DNA from: a virus
Lineage: Duplodnaviria > Heunggongvirae > Uroviricota > Caudoviricetes
Reading direction: 5' to 3' (one strand)
DNA: 64,000 bases
IMG/VR virus record: IMGVR_UViG_3300004481_001615
Shown: positions 17,070-25,599 of the stretch, one piece after another
Layout: each line of letters begins with the position of its first letter
Numbering within the stretch: the first letter of the stretch is position 1
Notes under the pieces: generated by a model
What the model was told of the DNA's origin: nothing
Database searches by the model: none
What the model saw: the letters and a program-made list of their open reading frames with translations, nothing else
Program-made: the position numbers and the translations under genes

Positions 17070-17695
17070 TTACTATCCGCCACCTTATAGAACTCATCAC
17101 GGAGAGCTGAGTCTGTTCGGAAGGCTCCGAGGAGTGCTGTGTTTGTTGCACCCTCACCATTCTTCACTCCTCTCATACGCATGCACATATGGAGACCCCT
17201 CACTTTGACAGCCACGTGGTCTGTGCATAGAGTCTTTGATAGAAGCTCGGCGAGTTGTGGTGTAAACTCTTCTTGGACGATTGGTTGACGAGCAAATATG
17301 TCGGTAATCCTTATTAACTTTGAGAGACCAACTATCTTACCTTGTGGGATGTACCCAAGTGAGACCCTGTACTCCACTGGAAGGAAGTGATGTGGGCAGA
17401 TTGAAAAGACTGTAAATGGTTCGAGTGCAAGTAAGGCGTCTCTGTTGTGAGGGAAGATAGCTTGTGCATGTTCCTCACATATTTCTATAATTTCGGGTTG
17501 TGGCACAGTGAATCCTAACAACCACTCTGCCATCCGTTTAGGGGTTTCTTTAAAGTTTGGGTCTTTTAAATCAATTCCCAACTCTATAAGGAGACTTGTG
17601 ACATGTTTAGTCACAAGAGAAGAACTTCTATTTGATTTGAATTCCTTTTTTGAACTCATACCATCACCTAACATAAACTTTTCAAGGTTATCCAA
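17066..17695 (-). CDS. folE: GTP cyclohydrolase I
   Basis: SICPHHFLPVEYRVSLGYIPQGKIVGLSKLIRI closely matches the FolE active-site block CEHHLVPF...GYIP...GLSKL. Confidence 0.7.
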   Translation of the reverse strand: MDNLEKFMLGDGMSSKKEFKSNRSSSLVTKHVTSLLIELGIDLKDPNFKETPKRMAEWLLGFTVPQPEIIEICEEHAQAIFPHNRDALLALEPFTVFSICPHHFLPVEYRVSLGYIPQGKIVGLSKLIRITDIFARQPIVQEEFTPQLAELLSKTLCTDHVAVKVRGLHMCMRMRGVKNGEGATNTALLGAFRTDSALRDEFYKVADSK

Positions 17696-18041
17696 CTATA
17701 TCACCATACTTTCCTTTAACTCCGTCGCCTTCACCGACGACGACTGATATATCATTATCGTATTTTATCTTGAGTTTGGTATATAAGTCTTTAGCATACA
17801 TCTCACATGACCATGCAGAATCAATTTTCTTGTAGTCCTCGAGATGTGATGCTACTAGTTCACGGAGGTCGTGGAACTCCACTTGCCTGTCGAGGTCACC
17901 AACCGACATTCTCACTGTCACATCAAAGATATGTTGATGAGGATATCTGAGGTACTGCCTATTTTTTGGCGCATCTCGCCAATGATGGGTTCCTAAGAAT
18001 GGAACCGTAACTTCAATATATGAGGTTATCATTTTAAACAA
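17688..18041 (-). CDS. second PTPS-family (QueD-like) protein
   Basis: 117 aa with His-rich GTHHW...YPHQHIF, compatible with the PTPS Zn triad. Overlaps folE and the GT gene. Confidence 0.4.
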   Translation of the reverse strand: MFKMITSYIEVTVPFLGTHHWRDAPKNRQYLRYPHQHIFDVTVRMSVGDLDRQVEFHDLRELVASHLEDYKKIDSAWSCEMYAKDLYTKLKIKYDNDISVVVGEGDGVKGKYGDIVG

Positions 18042-19173
18042 CTCCCACGATTGAGAGCATTTTTCCGATTACTCTCGTCTTATCGTACCGCTCAGCAAAC
18101 TTATAACAGTTATCTGGATAGAGAGCGTACCTAAATATCTTTTTAGATGCTCCACCCGTTCCGTCTCCAACAGGTGAAAAGAAATATGTTGAGTAGTCTG
18201 CACCATCACCACTTAATGTATCCACGTACGCTAGTCTTTTTGGAACAACTGGAGTACAACCGAGTGCACATGCCTCTAAGACTCCGTAACCAAACGTTTC
18301 TTGTCGGGCAGTTGAGAGTACAACGGTAGATTGTGATAGGATATCATAATATTCTGGTTTTGATAGTCCATATTTTAGTAGTATTCTATCTCTATATGTT
18401 GAATAGAATTCACTGAACCGACGTGCTAGTTCTGGGTCACGGATTTTGGGTATCGACCCAGATGTTATTACTAATTTGATGTAGTGAGCACTTGCTCTGT
18501 TAAAGACATTCGACATAATATTTATCATGTCAACAACACCCTTTTCTGGTGCCAGTCTATGAGGGAACACAACCCATGGGAGCTTACCGAGTGGCGACTT
18601 CCATCTACGGATTTCTTCGAGGTCGAGGGGCAGACCGGTCACGTGGATATTACCATTCTGACGGTCCCAAAATGTTTTACTAAAGAGTACTTTACTCCAC
18701 TCTGAACCAACAAAAATAGCGTCGGCACTGTTACCTATCATCTGTTCGAAGTGTGATGCCCACGGGCGACAACCCGCTTGTGCTAGGAAGTCCCACGGGT
18801 CATAAGAACCAGCGTGCATTACACCACAAATTTTGAATTTAGCATTACTGAGACTTCGGATATAGAAGAGAGACTCAATACCGGGATGCCATAGGTCAGC
18901 GAAGAAGATTGTATCTTCGTCGGTTATCTCACCAACTTTTATTGCTTTTATGAGAGTTTGGATTTGAGATTGAGCAAAGTACGGTCGGGAATGGATGTCG
19001 AGGAATTCACCAGACTCAATCTTTGTTGTGAGTGGTGTGCCATCAACCTGCACGAAATCTACACCGAGGCTGTTGAATACTTGTGGGAAGAAACGGGCCC
19101 AGTCAGCGGTATATCGTTCCTCTAGTGGTTCAAGCGGTACCCAAATTAACATTTTCGTTCTCCTTTTTCTCAT
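18034..19173 (-). CDS. GT-B fold glycosyltransferase (GT4-like)
   Basis: C-terminal ETFGYGVLEACALGCTPVV is an EX7E-type motif. In an operon with folE and the PTPS-like gene. Confidence 0.55.
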   Translation of the reverse strand: MRKRRTKMLIWVPLEPLEERYTADWARFFPQVFNSLGVDFVQVDGTPLTTKIESGEFLDIHSRPYFAQSQIQTLIKAIKVGEITDEDTIFFADLWHPGIESLFYIRSLSNAKFKICGVMHAGSYDPWDFLAQAGCRPWASHFEQMIGNSADAIFVGSEWSKVLFSKTFWDRQNGNIHVTGLPLDLEEIRRWKSPLGKLPWVVFPHRLAPEKGVVDMINIMSNVFNRASAHYIKLVITSGSIPKIRDPELARRFSEFYSTYRDRILLKYGLSKPEYYDILSQSTVVLSTARQETFGYGVLEACALGCTPVVPKRLAYVDTLSGDGADYSTYFFSPVGDGTGGASKKIFRYALYPDNCYKFAERYDKTRVIGKMLSIVGVV

Positions 19174-19855
19174 AAACTGAAAATCGCTTCAACCAAGGTT
19201 CCTGTTCTGGGAGTTTGGGTGTATTACCATCAATATCTGTATTAAAGATTCTCTGATACTTTTGTGTACTCTTCTCCTCTATATGTGGGCTTTGGTCATA
19301 TTCTTCCCATATTTTCATTATCTTCTTTCTCAGGGACACACAACGTGCTTCTGTAAGCACATTCTTCATCATATCTTCATTTACTACTCTTGTCTCTTTT
19401 ATGTTGATTAATTCATCTTTTATCATTTCTCGGAAGAAATAACAAACAACACTCGCAAACTGTGTATAACTTGTATCATCCAAATGTGGTCCATATGTCG
19501 GAAACGGGCGAATATAGGTATCTAGTCTATCCCACTTCATACGCCATAAATCATCATACTTATGCGTGTGCTCTAGCGCTCTTAGAATAAAATTAACAGC
19601 ATCCTCGATACCACGGTCATAGTCACTCCTCTTACTTTCAATTGCTCCTTTCTCAAGCTCAGCACGCTTGTCTATCACATCAGCTTGTTGCTGTTGTAGT
19701 TCTAACATCTCTTTTTGATGTACAGCACGCATATTTTCTACTTCTTTACTCAGTTCTAAAATATAAGTAAGCTGTCCTTTTTCTATTATTTCCATTATCT
19801 TTGATACAATGAGAGCTTCCCCGTGCTCATCTACGAGTTTCTCTAATACTGACAA
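19130..19855 (-). CDS. hypothetical coiled-coil protein (241 aa)
   Basis: Track ORF. Promoter motif 38 nt upstream. Confidence 0.4.
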   Translation of the reverse strand: MSVLEKLVDEHGEALIVSKIMEIIEKGQLTYILELSKEVENMRAVHQKEMLELQQQQADVIDKRAELEKGAIESKRSDYDRGIEDAVNFILRALEHTHKYDDLWRMKWDRLDTYIRPFPTYGPHLDDTSYTQFASVVCYFFREMIKDELINIKETRVVNEDMMKNVLTEARCVSLRKKIMKIWEEYDQSPHIEEKSTQKYQRIFNTDIDGNTPKLPEQEPWLKRFSVYEKKENENVNLGTA

Positions 19856-19892
19856 TTCAATATATCTCCTAATTAAAGATTAGATGATTACA

Positions 19893-19908
19893 TTTATAAA
19901 TGTTATTA
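19893..19908 (-). promoter_or_regulatory. promoter motif variant (TTTATAAATGTTATTA)
   Basis: Motif family member. Confidence 0.5.
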
Positions 19909-20436
19909 TTCAAATAGATAATTGAGAGTATTGTCTTCTAGTTTCTTTTTAATCCCCTTCCTCTCAAGAAGATGTTTATATCTGTACTCACTGATACCTA
20001 ACATAGGTAGAGCAACCACAACATCTCCTATCTTAGTTATATTATTCATATATGGAAGTATGTCAAGAAGGAAGCGCTCTTTTATTTCCTTATGTAACCA
20101 ACCCTTCCTCCCCACTCTACCATGTGATGTACATGTCCACCTCCAAATATCCTTACTTGCTACAACACTATTACTCTTCTGAATATTTCCTTTCTCTATC
20201 TGACGTGAAACTGTCCCACCATACCATCTATGATACATTTCTACTATATTTCTCTCCTGACAAGCAACAACTATAATAACAGAACTTGAGGACGCGGAGA
20301 CACATCCCTCACCATCAAAAAAACCAGCAAGATATGATTTTTCTAACTCACTTGGTTGTTCTCCGGTCATCCCAGCCAATTCATCATCATTCTCCAGTGA
20401 AGTAGGGCTGGGGAACGGTACCGACATTCTTGGCAC
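19906..20436 (-). CDS. LAGLIDADG homing endonuclease
   Basis: LAGFFDGEGCVS dodecapeptide motif. 176 aa. Confidence 0.55.
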   Translation of the reverse strand: MPRMSVPFPSPTSLENDDELAGMTGEQPSELEKSYLAGFFDGEGCVSASSSSVIIVVACQERNIVEMYHRWYGGTVSRQIEKGNIQKSNSVVASKDIWRWTCTSHGRVGRKGWLHKEIKERFLLDILPYMNNITKIGDVVVALPMLGISEYRYKHLLERKGIKKKLEDNTLNYLFE

Positions 20437-21269
20437 CTATCAAAGAGAACATTCTCTAAGTGACTGCTACGCATTGCTTCTGCGTGGACATCCTGCCACA
20501 CTTCTCTAAGTGGTTTCTGCCAGAGGTTACCGTAGGTGAACGAGACTGTTTTGTCTTTGAAGGGATGGGTATCGTAGAAGAAGCAACAGGGAACAACATC
20601 TCCATTCCACAGGACCGAAACAGATAACCACGGATTTAAGCATGGTCGGTGGGTTTTGAGTTGTGCTGACTCATCACGGGCTCCAACAAAACATTCCTCG
20701 ACTGTACGGACAAGAGAGTTCGGGCGGTCTTTATACCGGTTAAAGACATTCTCGATTTCGTCCTTGTTCTCAGGGAGAACAACACACTGTATGTCCACAA
20801 ACGGACGGTGCTCGAGTTTGAGAAAGGCATCTACATCAGATTGGATGTTCACGAAGATGTTTGGGTCGCTGGGTCTGCGGATTTTATTATACGTCTCTTC
20901 TGTATACGCGTCCATTGAGATTGTCAAGAAGTCTAGTTTTTGGAGTGTTTGAAAGTGCCTTGCCATATTTACGGCATTTGTACTCATACCAACTTTTACA
21001 CCAGCACTGTGGAGTTTATCAATGATGACAGGAAGTTGCGGGTGAAGGGTAGGTTCACCATACCCTTGGAGTTCGACCATATAGGAGGAGTCAAAGTCTC
21101 TTCGGTTGGTCATGAGGTCGATTAAGTTTGGATTGAGGTAGCCCAGTTTGCGTTTCATCCACTCCCTGCCACACATCCAACAGTTAAGCTGGCAGTGGTT
21201 GGTTGTCTCGATTTGATAAACTTCTGGGAGAATGTCGAAGTCAAAGTCTTTGATTCGTATGTTCTTCAT
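20367..21269 (-). CDS. radical SAM enzyme with a C-terminal Cys-rich (SPASM/twitch-like) region
   Basis: HCQLNCWMCG (CxxxCxxC), plus VPCCFFYD...CQEC near the C-terminus. Confidence 0.6.
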   Translation of the reverse strand: MKNIRIKDFDFDILPEVYQIETTNHCQLNCWMCGREWMKRKLGYLNPNLIDLMTNRRDFDSSYMVELQGYGEPTLHPQLPVIIDKLHSAGVKVGMSTNAVNMARHFQTLQKLDFLTISMDAYTEETYNKIRRPSDPNIFVNIQSDVDAFLKLEHRPFVDIQCVVLPENKDEIENVFNRYKDRPNSLVRTVEECFVGARDESAQLKTHRPCLNPWLSVSVLWNGDVVPCCFFYDTHPFKDKTVSFTYGNLWQKPLREVWQDVHAEAMRSSHLENVLFDRCQECRYRSPALLHWRMMMNWLG

Positions 21270-21292
21270 TAATAGAAAGAGAGGAGAGTCTA

Positions 21293-21308
21293 TTTATAAA
21301 TGTTATTA
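21293..21308 (-). promoter_or_regulatory. promoter motif variant (TTTATAAATGTTATTA)
   Basis: 24 nt upstream of the ATG at 21269. Confidence 0.55.
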
Positions 21309-21506
21309 TTCCTGTATATTTGACTTTACAGGAACAGACTGCCATATCCAGTATGAGTACCCACAAATTGCGCAGGTTATTTCATCCTCAAAATCTATGC
21401 CACCACATTCTGGGCATTTTTGATACTGTTCAATTCCATCTATTATGTAGATAAATCGTTTAGCACCACCAGCACCAGATTCTGTTCTGATTGGTTTGGT
21501 ACTCAA
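21306..21506 (-). CDS. zinc-ribbon protein (66 aa)
   Basis: CPECGG...CAICGY. Confidence 0.4.
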   Translation of the reverse strand: MSTKPIRTESGAGGAKRFIYIIDGIEQYQKCPECGGIDFEDEITCAICGYSYWIWQSVPVKSNIQE

Positions 21507-21509
21507 TTA

Positions 21510-21794
21510 CTAATCCCCATACTCATATTCCATGTAGAACTTGTTCGTTCTGCCAGCTAATTTTTTGATGTCTCCTTTGAGGTGAAAACCCTTACCAAAA
21601 CTATTTTTGATGACAGCGAGGACACCATAAACATTTTCTGTTAGGTCCTTTGGGTCCCACTCTACTCTCATCTTATCAGGATTGATAGTTATTCCACCGA
21701 TTACGGTTTTACCATTGATTGTTCTTTTCTTTATCTTTCTCATATCAACAGTCATTTTTATCACTCTTTGACGTAAACACCGTTCCGTAACCAT
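21510..21794 (-). CDS. hypothetical protein (94 aa)
   Basis: Track ORF. Confidence 0.4.
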   Translation of the reverse strand: MVTERCLRQRVIKMTVDMRKIKKRTINGKTVIGGITINPDKMRVEWDPKDLTENVYGVLAVIKNSFGKGFHLKGDIKKLAGRTNKFYMEYEYGD

Positions 21795-21982
21795 GATATT
21801 TCGATTAGTAGGGGATACTCAAACATACTGAGCCCAGTATATTGACCATTACTTGCTTCTACTCTGGCCGTTGTTCCGTCACTGAACTCTAGGTATAGGT
21901 AGGGTGTGTCATCGAAATCTTTTTCAAAATCACCAAACCACGCGTTGGTTATGGTCTTACCACGTAGACTATCTATCGGCAT
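21761..21982 (-). CDS. hypothetical protein (73 aa)
   Basis: Track ORF. Promoter motif 32 nt upstream. Confidence 0.4.
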   Translation of the reverse strand: MPIDSLRGKTITNAWFGDFEKDFDDTPYLYLEFSDGTTARVEASNGQYTGLSMFEYPLLIEISWLRNGVYVKE

Positions 21983-22013
21983 TTGTTATCAATAAGTAAA
22001 AGAGATTATGTCA

Positions 22014-22029
22014 TTTATAAATGTTATGA
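22014..22029 (-). promoter_or_regulatory. promoter motif copy (TTTATAAATGTTATGA)
   Basis: Motif family member. Confidence 0.6.
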
Positions 22030-22043
22030 TATCATAAACCCAT

Positions 22044-22295
22044 TTATTTTCTAATATAGATAGGATAAACTACTTTATCTCCTTTAAAACTTGGACGAAT
22101 TACAGCAGGTTTACCTTCCTTTCGGTACTTTCTTACTTTCTCCTCTGCTGTGGTCATTTTTTCATGTGTTGAAACTAATATAAAGACTCGCCCTCTGATT
22201 TTTATACTCTTATTTACTCTTCTATTTATTTTGGGTCCCCGACCCGTTCTAGGAATAGTTGACAATCCCTTAAAATATCCATCATATCCTTGCAT
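22044..22295 (-). CDS. hypothetical basic protein (83 aa)
   Basis: Track ORF. Confidence 0.4.
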   Translation of the reverse strand: MQGYDGYFKGLSTIPRTGRGPKINRRVNKSIKIRGRVFILVSTHEKMTTAEEKVRKYRKEGKPAVIRPSFKGDKVVYPIYIRK

Positions 22296-22577
22296 TTAAA
22301 CTATTCCTTTTTTGATTTTTATACTTATTGATGGGTAAGTACCGAACGCCACCACGCCCGGTGAGCCATAGACACGAAGAACATTGTCTTTTCCACACAC
22401 ATCAATAGCAACCTTTTTTGCTTTACTCACTAATGTTTTACTGGGTCCCATACCTGTCCCGCCCGTAATGTAAACAGAATCTAATGTTTTTGCTGTACGG
22501 AAAATCCTGACATCTGTAAAAGTTTTCCTCAGAGTAGATAATAATTTCTTTCCTACTTCTGTTACCATATTCATCAC
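22296..22577 (-). CDS. hypothetical protein (93 aa)
   Basis: Track ORF. Confidence 0.4.
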   Translation of the reverse strand: MMNMVTEVGKKLLSTLRKTFTDVRIFRTAKTLDSVYITGGTGMGPSKTLVSKAKKVAIDVCGKDNVLRVYGSPGVVAFGTYPSISIKIKKGIV

Positions 22578-22588
22578 ATCCTTACATA

Positions 22589-22921
22589 CTAACGAGTACT
22601 TCCATTATTCTTTAATAAGTCATAGTGCTCGAAAGAGGGATATTCATTCTCAAAACCAGACATATTAAATTTACCATGTTTCTTCGTATACCTTTCGACC
22701 TCTACTCTTATTTTTTTAGCAACCTTATTTAAATCACTAATACATCCTGATTTTGTGGGCCACCACTCGTCCTCTGCCCATGGTGTTGCATTTACTCTAC
22801 CGATTAAGACCGCCCCTGCTGTGTACCGACCATCCTCATCGGCTCCTTCACGTGTTCTTACCCAAACCTTTGGGAAAACTAATGTTTTTGTCGTTTTCTT
22901 TTTTACCATATTCTTTATCAA
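22589..22921 (-). CDS. hypothetical protein (110 aa)
   Basis: Track ORF. Promoter motif 26 nt upstream. Confidence 0.4.
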   Translation of the reverse strand: MIKNMVKKKTTKTLVFPKVWVRTREGADEDGRYTAGAVLIGRVNATPWAEDEWWPTKSGCISDLNKVAKKIRVEVERYTKKHGKFNMSGFENEYPSFEHYDLLKNNGSTR

Positions 22922-22946
22922 TATAAAATCTATTCTCTCATTGATA

Positions 22947-22963
22947 TTTAAATGTTATGAGAA
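22947..22963 (-). promoter_or_regulatory. promoter motif copy (TTTAAATGTTATGAGAA)
   Basis: Motif family member. Confidence 0.6.
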
Positions 22964-23017
22964 AATAATCTGGGAAGGGTAAACGGACCAATTAAACCAT
23001 GCATAAAGGAGTGCCCG

Positions 23018-23278
23018 TTACACCTTCTTTCCAGAGTAGTGGAACGCTGATACCCACATTGCTAGTGGTGGTAGGTTTGCTATTGCACTTATAGGGTCGT
23101 TTATCATGAAAAAACCGTAGGTGAATAGTGTGCAAGCTATGATGTATGCTAGGCACGTTGTTTTGCTGAAGCTCGTTGTCTGCGTTTTTAGAATGGTAAT
23201 GGCTTGTGGGATACAAAGCAGAGCAATGAGCCATGTGCCTATATTGAAGCTGAGATTGATTAAATCCAGAGTAGTCAC
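23018..23278 (-). CDS. small membrane protein (86 aa)
   Basis: Two or three hydrophobic helices. Start overlaps the stop of 23275..24549 as ATGA. Preferred over the overlapping 22992..23336 frame. Confidence 0.4.
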   Translation of the reverse strand: MTTLDLINLSFNIGTWLIALLCIPQAITILKTQTTSFSKTTCLAYIIACTLFTYGFFMINDPISAIANLPPLAMWVSAFHYSGKKV

Positions 23279-24549
23279 CCAAACAACACATTGTCCATTC
23301 TACCGTACTTTCCGAAACTATATTCTTTGTTGGCATGCTCGAAGTCGTTTTCTTCTACACATCTGAGATACTCGACCATTTGTGCCGTATGTGGGTCAGA
23401 TGTTGCTTTGACAAAGTCGATGTAATCGTCTGGAGAATCAGCGAGAGCATCTAAGCAGTGATAGTATTCTAGCACTTTGTAGAGGTTATGGAGGGCTATC
23501 AACCCGCCTGGTAATGAACCTTCTTTATTGAATTCTTGTGGGGTCGAGATTTGACAGACTGGACAACTACATGGGAGTTTTGATAGGGTAGATTCGTAAG
23601 ATTCACCGAACGCGATTCCTCGAGTGATATTGTAGGGTAGATAATACTTGCGATAACGAGCACCTGTTATTGAAAAAGAGGCAGAGTCAAATGTGAGGTG
23701 ATTGAAGAAACGTTTGGCATAGATGATTATTGGAGCTGTATTTAAACCAGTGGCTAAAAACATATGGACACGTTCTTTCTCGAGCGTCTGAGCATATCCG
23801 AGTACTAATGCAATAGAATCTGGGTCATTTTGGTTTGCACCAAATGCATGACCATCAAATTGTAGGTCTTTCATAGCGTCGGTAAATTTTTCTAGTTCTT
23901 CGAGAGTATAACCATGGATTACCTTTAGTAGTTGGAGTTTATCGGATTGACGACTTCGGTGCATTATCTCGTAGTTTCGTCTGGATATCTTGATTGATTC
24001 GTCAAAGGATTTCTCTGTTGAACGTGTTCCGAACCCACCTGTTCCGAGTTCACCATTTTTAACGGGTGGAGAATCGAGAGTTAATGCTATATCGGCGTTG
24101 TGTTCCTCCCATTTTAGAATGTCAGCGGGATTAGGTTTGACTCCCTGAGACCATACTTGGAAACCACCTGAGTCTGAGACAAATGTGAAGTCCTTTCGTG
24201 GGATGCGATAAAATTCACGGAAGTCGAACTTGTCCATACCATAGAACGCGGAAACCAGTAGAGCATCATATCGGAAGATAGCTGTTTCTGTCCACCAATC
24301 GAGACTGTACCCCTCTGGAGCTTGGATTCCTTCAAATCGGGTAACTGAACCAGGAGCAGGTGTAAACTGTACACGTCTATTTGGATTTATGTTATTGAGT
24401 GCCCAACCAGGCACATATTGAACATTGTTGCGCAGAGAGTGACCTGCTGATGATAAGCCCGACGGAAGTGCAGGAATGTATTTTAAATCGGGTTTCATAC
24501 CGACCTGACTGCCACCTGTTGTTGCCGGAGTATATCTAACATCTCCCAT
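23275..24549 (-). CDS. tRNA-guanine transglycosylase family protein, DpdA-like (candidate 7-deazaguanine DNA transglycosylase)
   Basis: TGT zinc site CSCPVC-x22-H near the C-terminus. About 424 aa. Start revised to the internal ATG at 24549, which is 34 nt downstream of the TATA. Confidence 0.6.
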   Translation of the reverse strand: MGDVRYTPATTGGSQVGMKPDLKYIPALPSGLSSAGHSLRNNVQYVPGWALNNINPNRRVQFTPAPGSVTRFEGIQAPEGYSLDWWTETAIFRYDALLVSAFYGMDKFDFREFYRIPRKDFTFVSDSGGFQVWSQGVKPNPADILKWEEHNADIALTLDSPPVKNGELGTGGFGTRSTEKSFDESIKISRRNYEIMHRSRQSDKLQLLKVIHGYTLEELEKFTDAMKDLQFDGHAFGANQNDPDSIALVLGYAQTLEKERVHMFLATGLNTAPIIIYAKRFFNHLTFDSASFSITGARYRKYYLPYNITRGIAFGESYESTLSKLPCSCPVCQISTPQEFNKEGSLPGGLIALHNLYKVLEYYHCLDALADSPDDYIDFVKATSDPHTAQMVEYLRCVEENDFEHANKEYSFGKYGRMDNVLFG

Positions 24550-24582
24550 GTTGATTGTCAAAAAATAATGGGTAGATATCAT

Positions 24583-24598
24583 TTATAAATGTTATGAT
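24583..24598 (-). promoter_or_regulatory. promoter motif copy (TTTATAAATGTTATGA)
   Basis: Motif family member driving the DpdA-like gene. Confidence 0.6.
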
Positions 24599-24601
24599 TG
24601 T

Positions 24602-25590
24602 TTAGGCTTTTTCGAGAATTTTCGGTACAGTTGTGTCGTACATCTTGCCGTTCTTATGTGGGCAGTCATTGATGTCTTCAAAGAGACATAGTCCTCGTAG
24701 TCTCAGGTAACCACAAGAATAGGTTTTGTATTTTGAGAGTGTTCTTATTTGATAAAGAGTCGTGGGTTTAGACCAATCCAACCACTGCAACTGTTCATAG
24801 AAACCAGCTATCTGTTCTGGAGAGAAGAATTGGAGAAGGTCGACAGTTGATGCGACACGTGATATGTGGAGTGGGTTGGGAATGTTAACTGCCCTGTAGA
24901 GACAGGGTCGTAAGATGTTCGAGAGGAACTCACTACCAACTGATGAACTAAGAGAAGGGAGTGCAAGTGCAGGTGTATAGTTACGTATCTCAGATAAAGT
25001 TGCTCTGGGAAGGTCGTTTATTGTATGTTTTGGTGATGGAATAGCTGAGTATTCGTGGGGCATCTTAGACCATTGAACAATATCCATCCATTTATAGTTG
25101 ATGAATTCTGGTGGTAGATGTGTGCACCATGTCTTATTAGCAGGAGGTCGACGGGTATTAGGAACACGACTGATTCGACGGACATCCCCAATACAGTGAG
25201 GGTCCGCTGTTGTTTTGAGATAATCTTTACCAAAAACGGCTTTGAGGATACCCCACGTGGCTTCGGATAATCTCTCTTTAGTTGTCGGGACTGGTTTTAG
25301 TAAGATGTAGATATGTATCCCTTTTTTACCTGATACAATAGGAATAACTGCGTGATTCCTTTCTTCCAGCCATGTATAGACCCTTTTAGCATCTTCGAGT
25401 CCACGTGCGTGCCCATCAAAGTCGAAGTAGATTTTATCAATAATGCCAGAAAGGGGATAGATTGAGGTGTAACAGTCGGTGACACCATCATTTTGTATTA
25501 GGTAGTTCTGGAAACCCTCGATTGAGTTTGCTACAGAACGGATACCTACCTCACGTGGGAATTGACCAAAAAGTTGGAGAGTTAGAGTGT
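24602..25590 (-). pseudogene. frameshift-disrupted gene (at least 4 ORF fragments in 3 frames)
   Basis: Pieces at 24602..25087, 25018..25233, 25297..25491 and 25445..25590 are adjacent or overlapping in different frames. Hand translation shows an open frame at 25590 that terminates at a TGA TAA where the next fragment is already open in a shifted frame. Confidence 0.35.
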
Positions 25591-25599
25591 CGAGAATTA

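Noticed and set aside
22992-23336. Track ORF 22992..23336 (114 aa)
   Set aside because: It overlaps 23018..23278 in another frame. Its H/Q/S-rich translation is less protein-like than the TM protein. The TM ORF also shows the ATGA stop/start coupling with the upstream gene.
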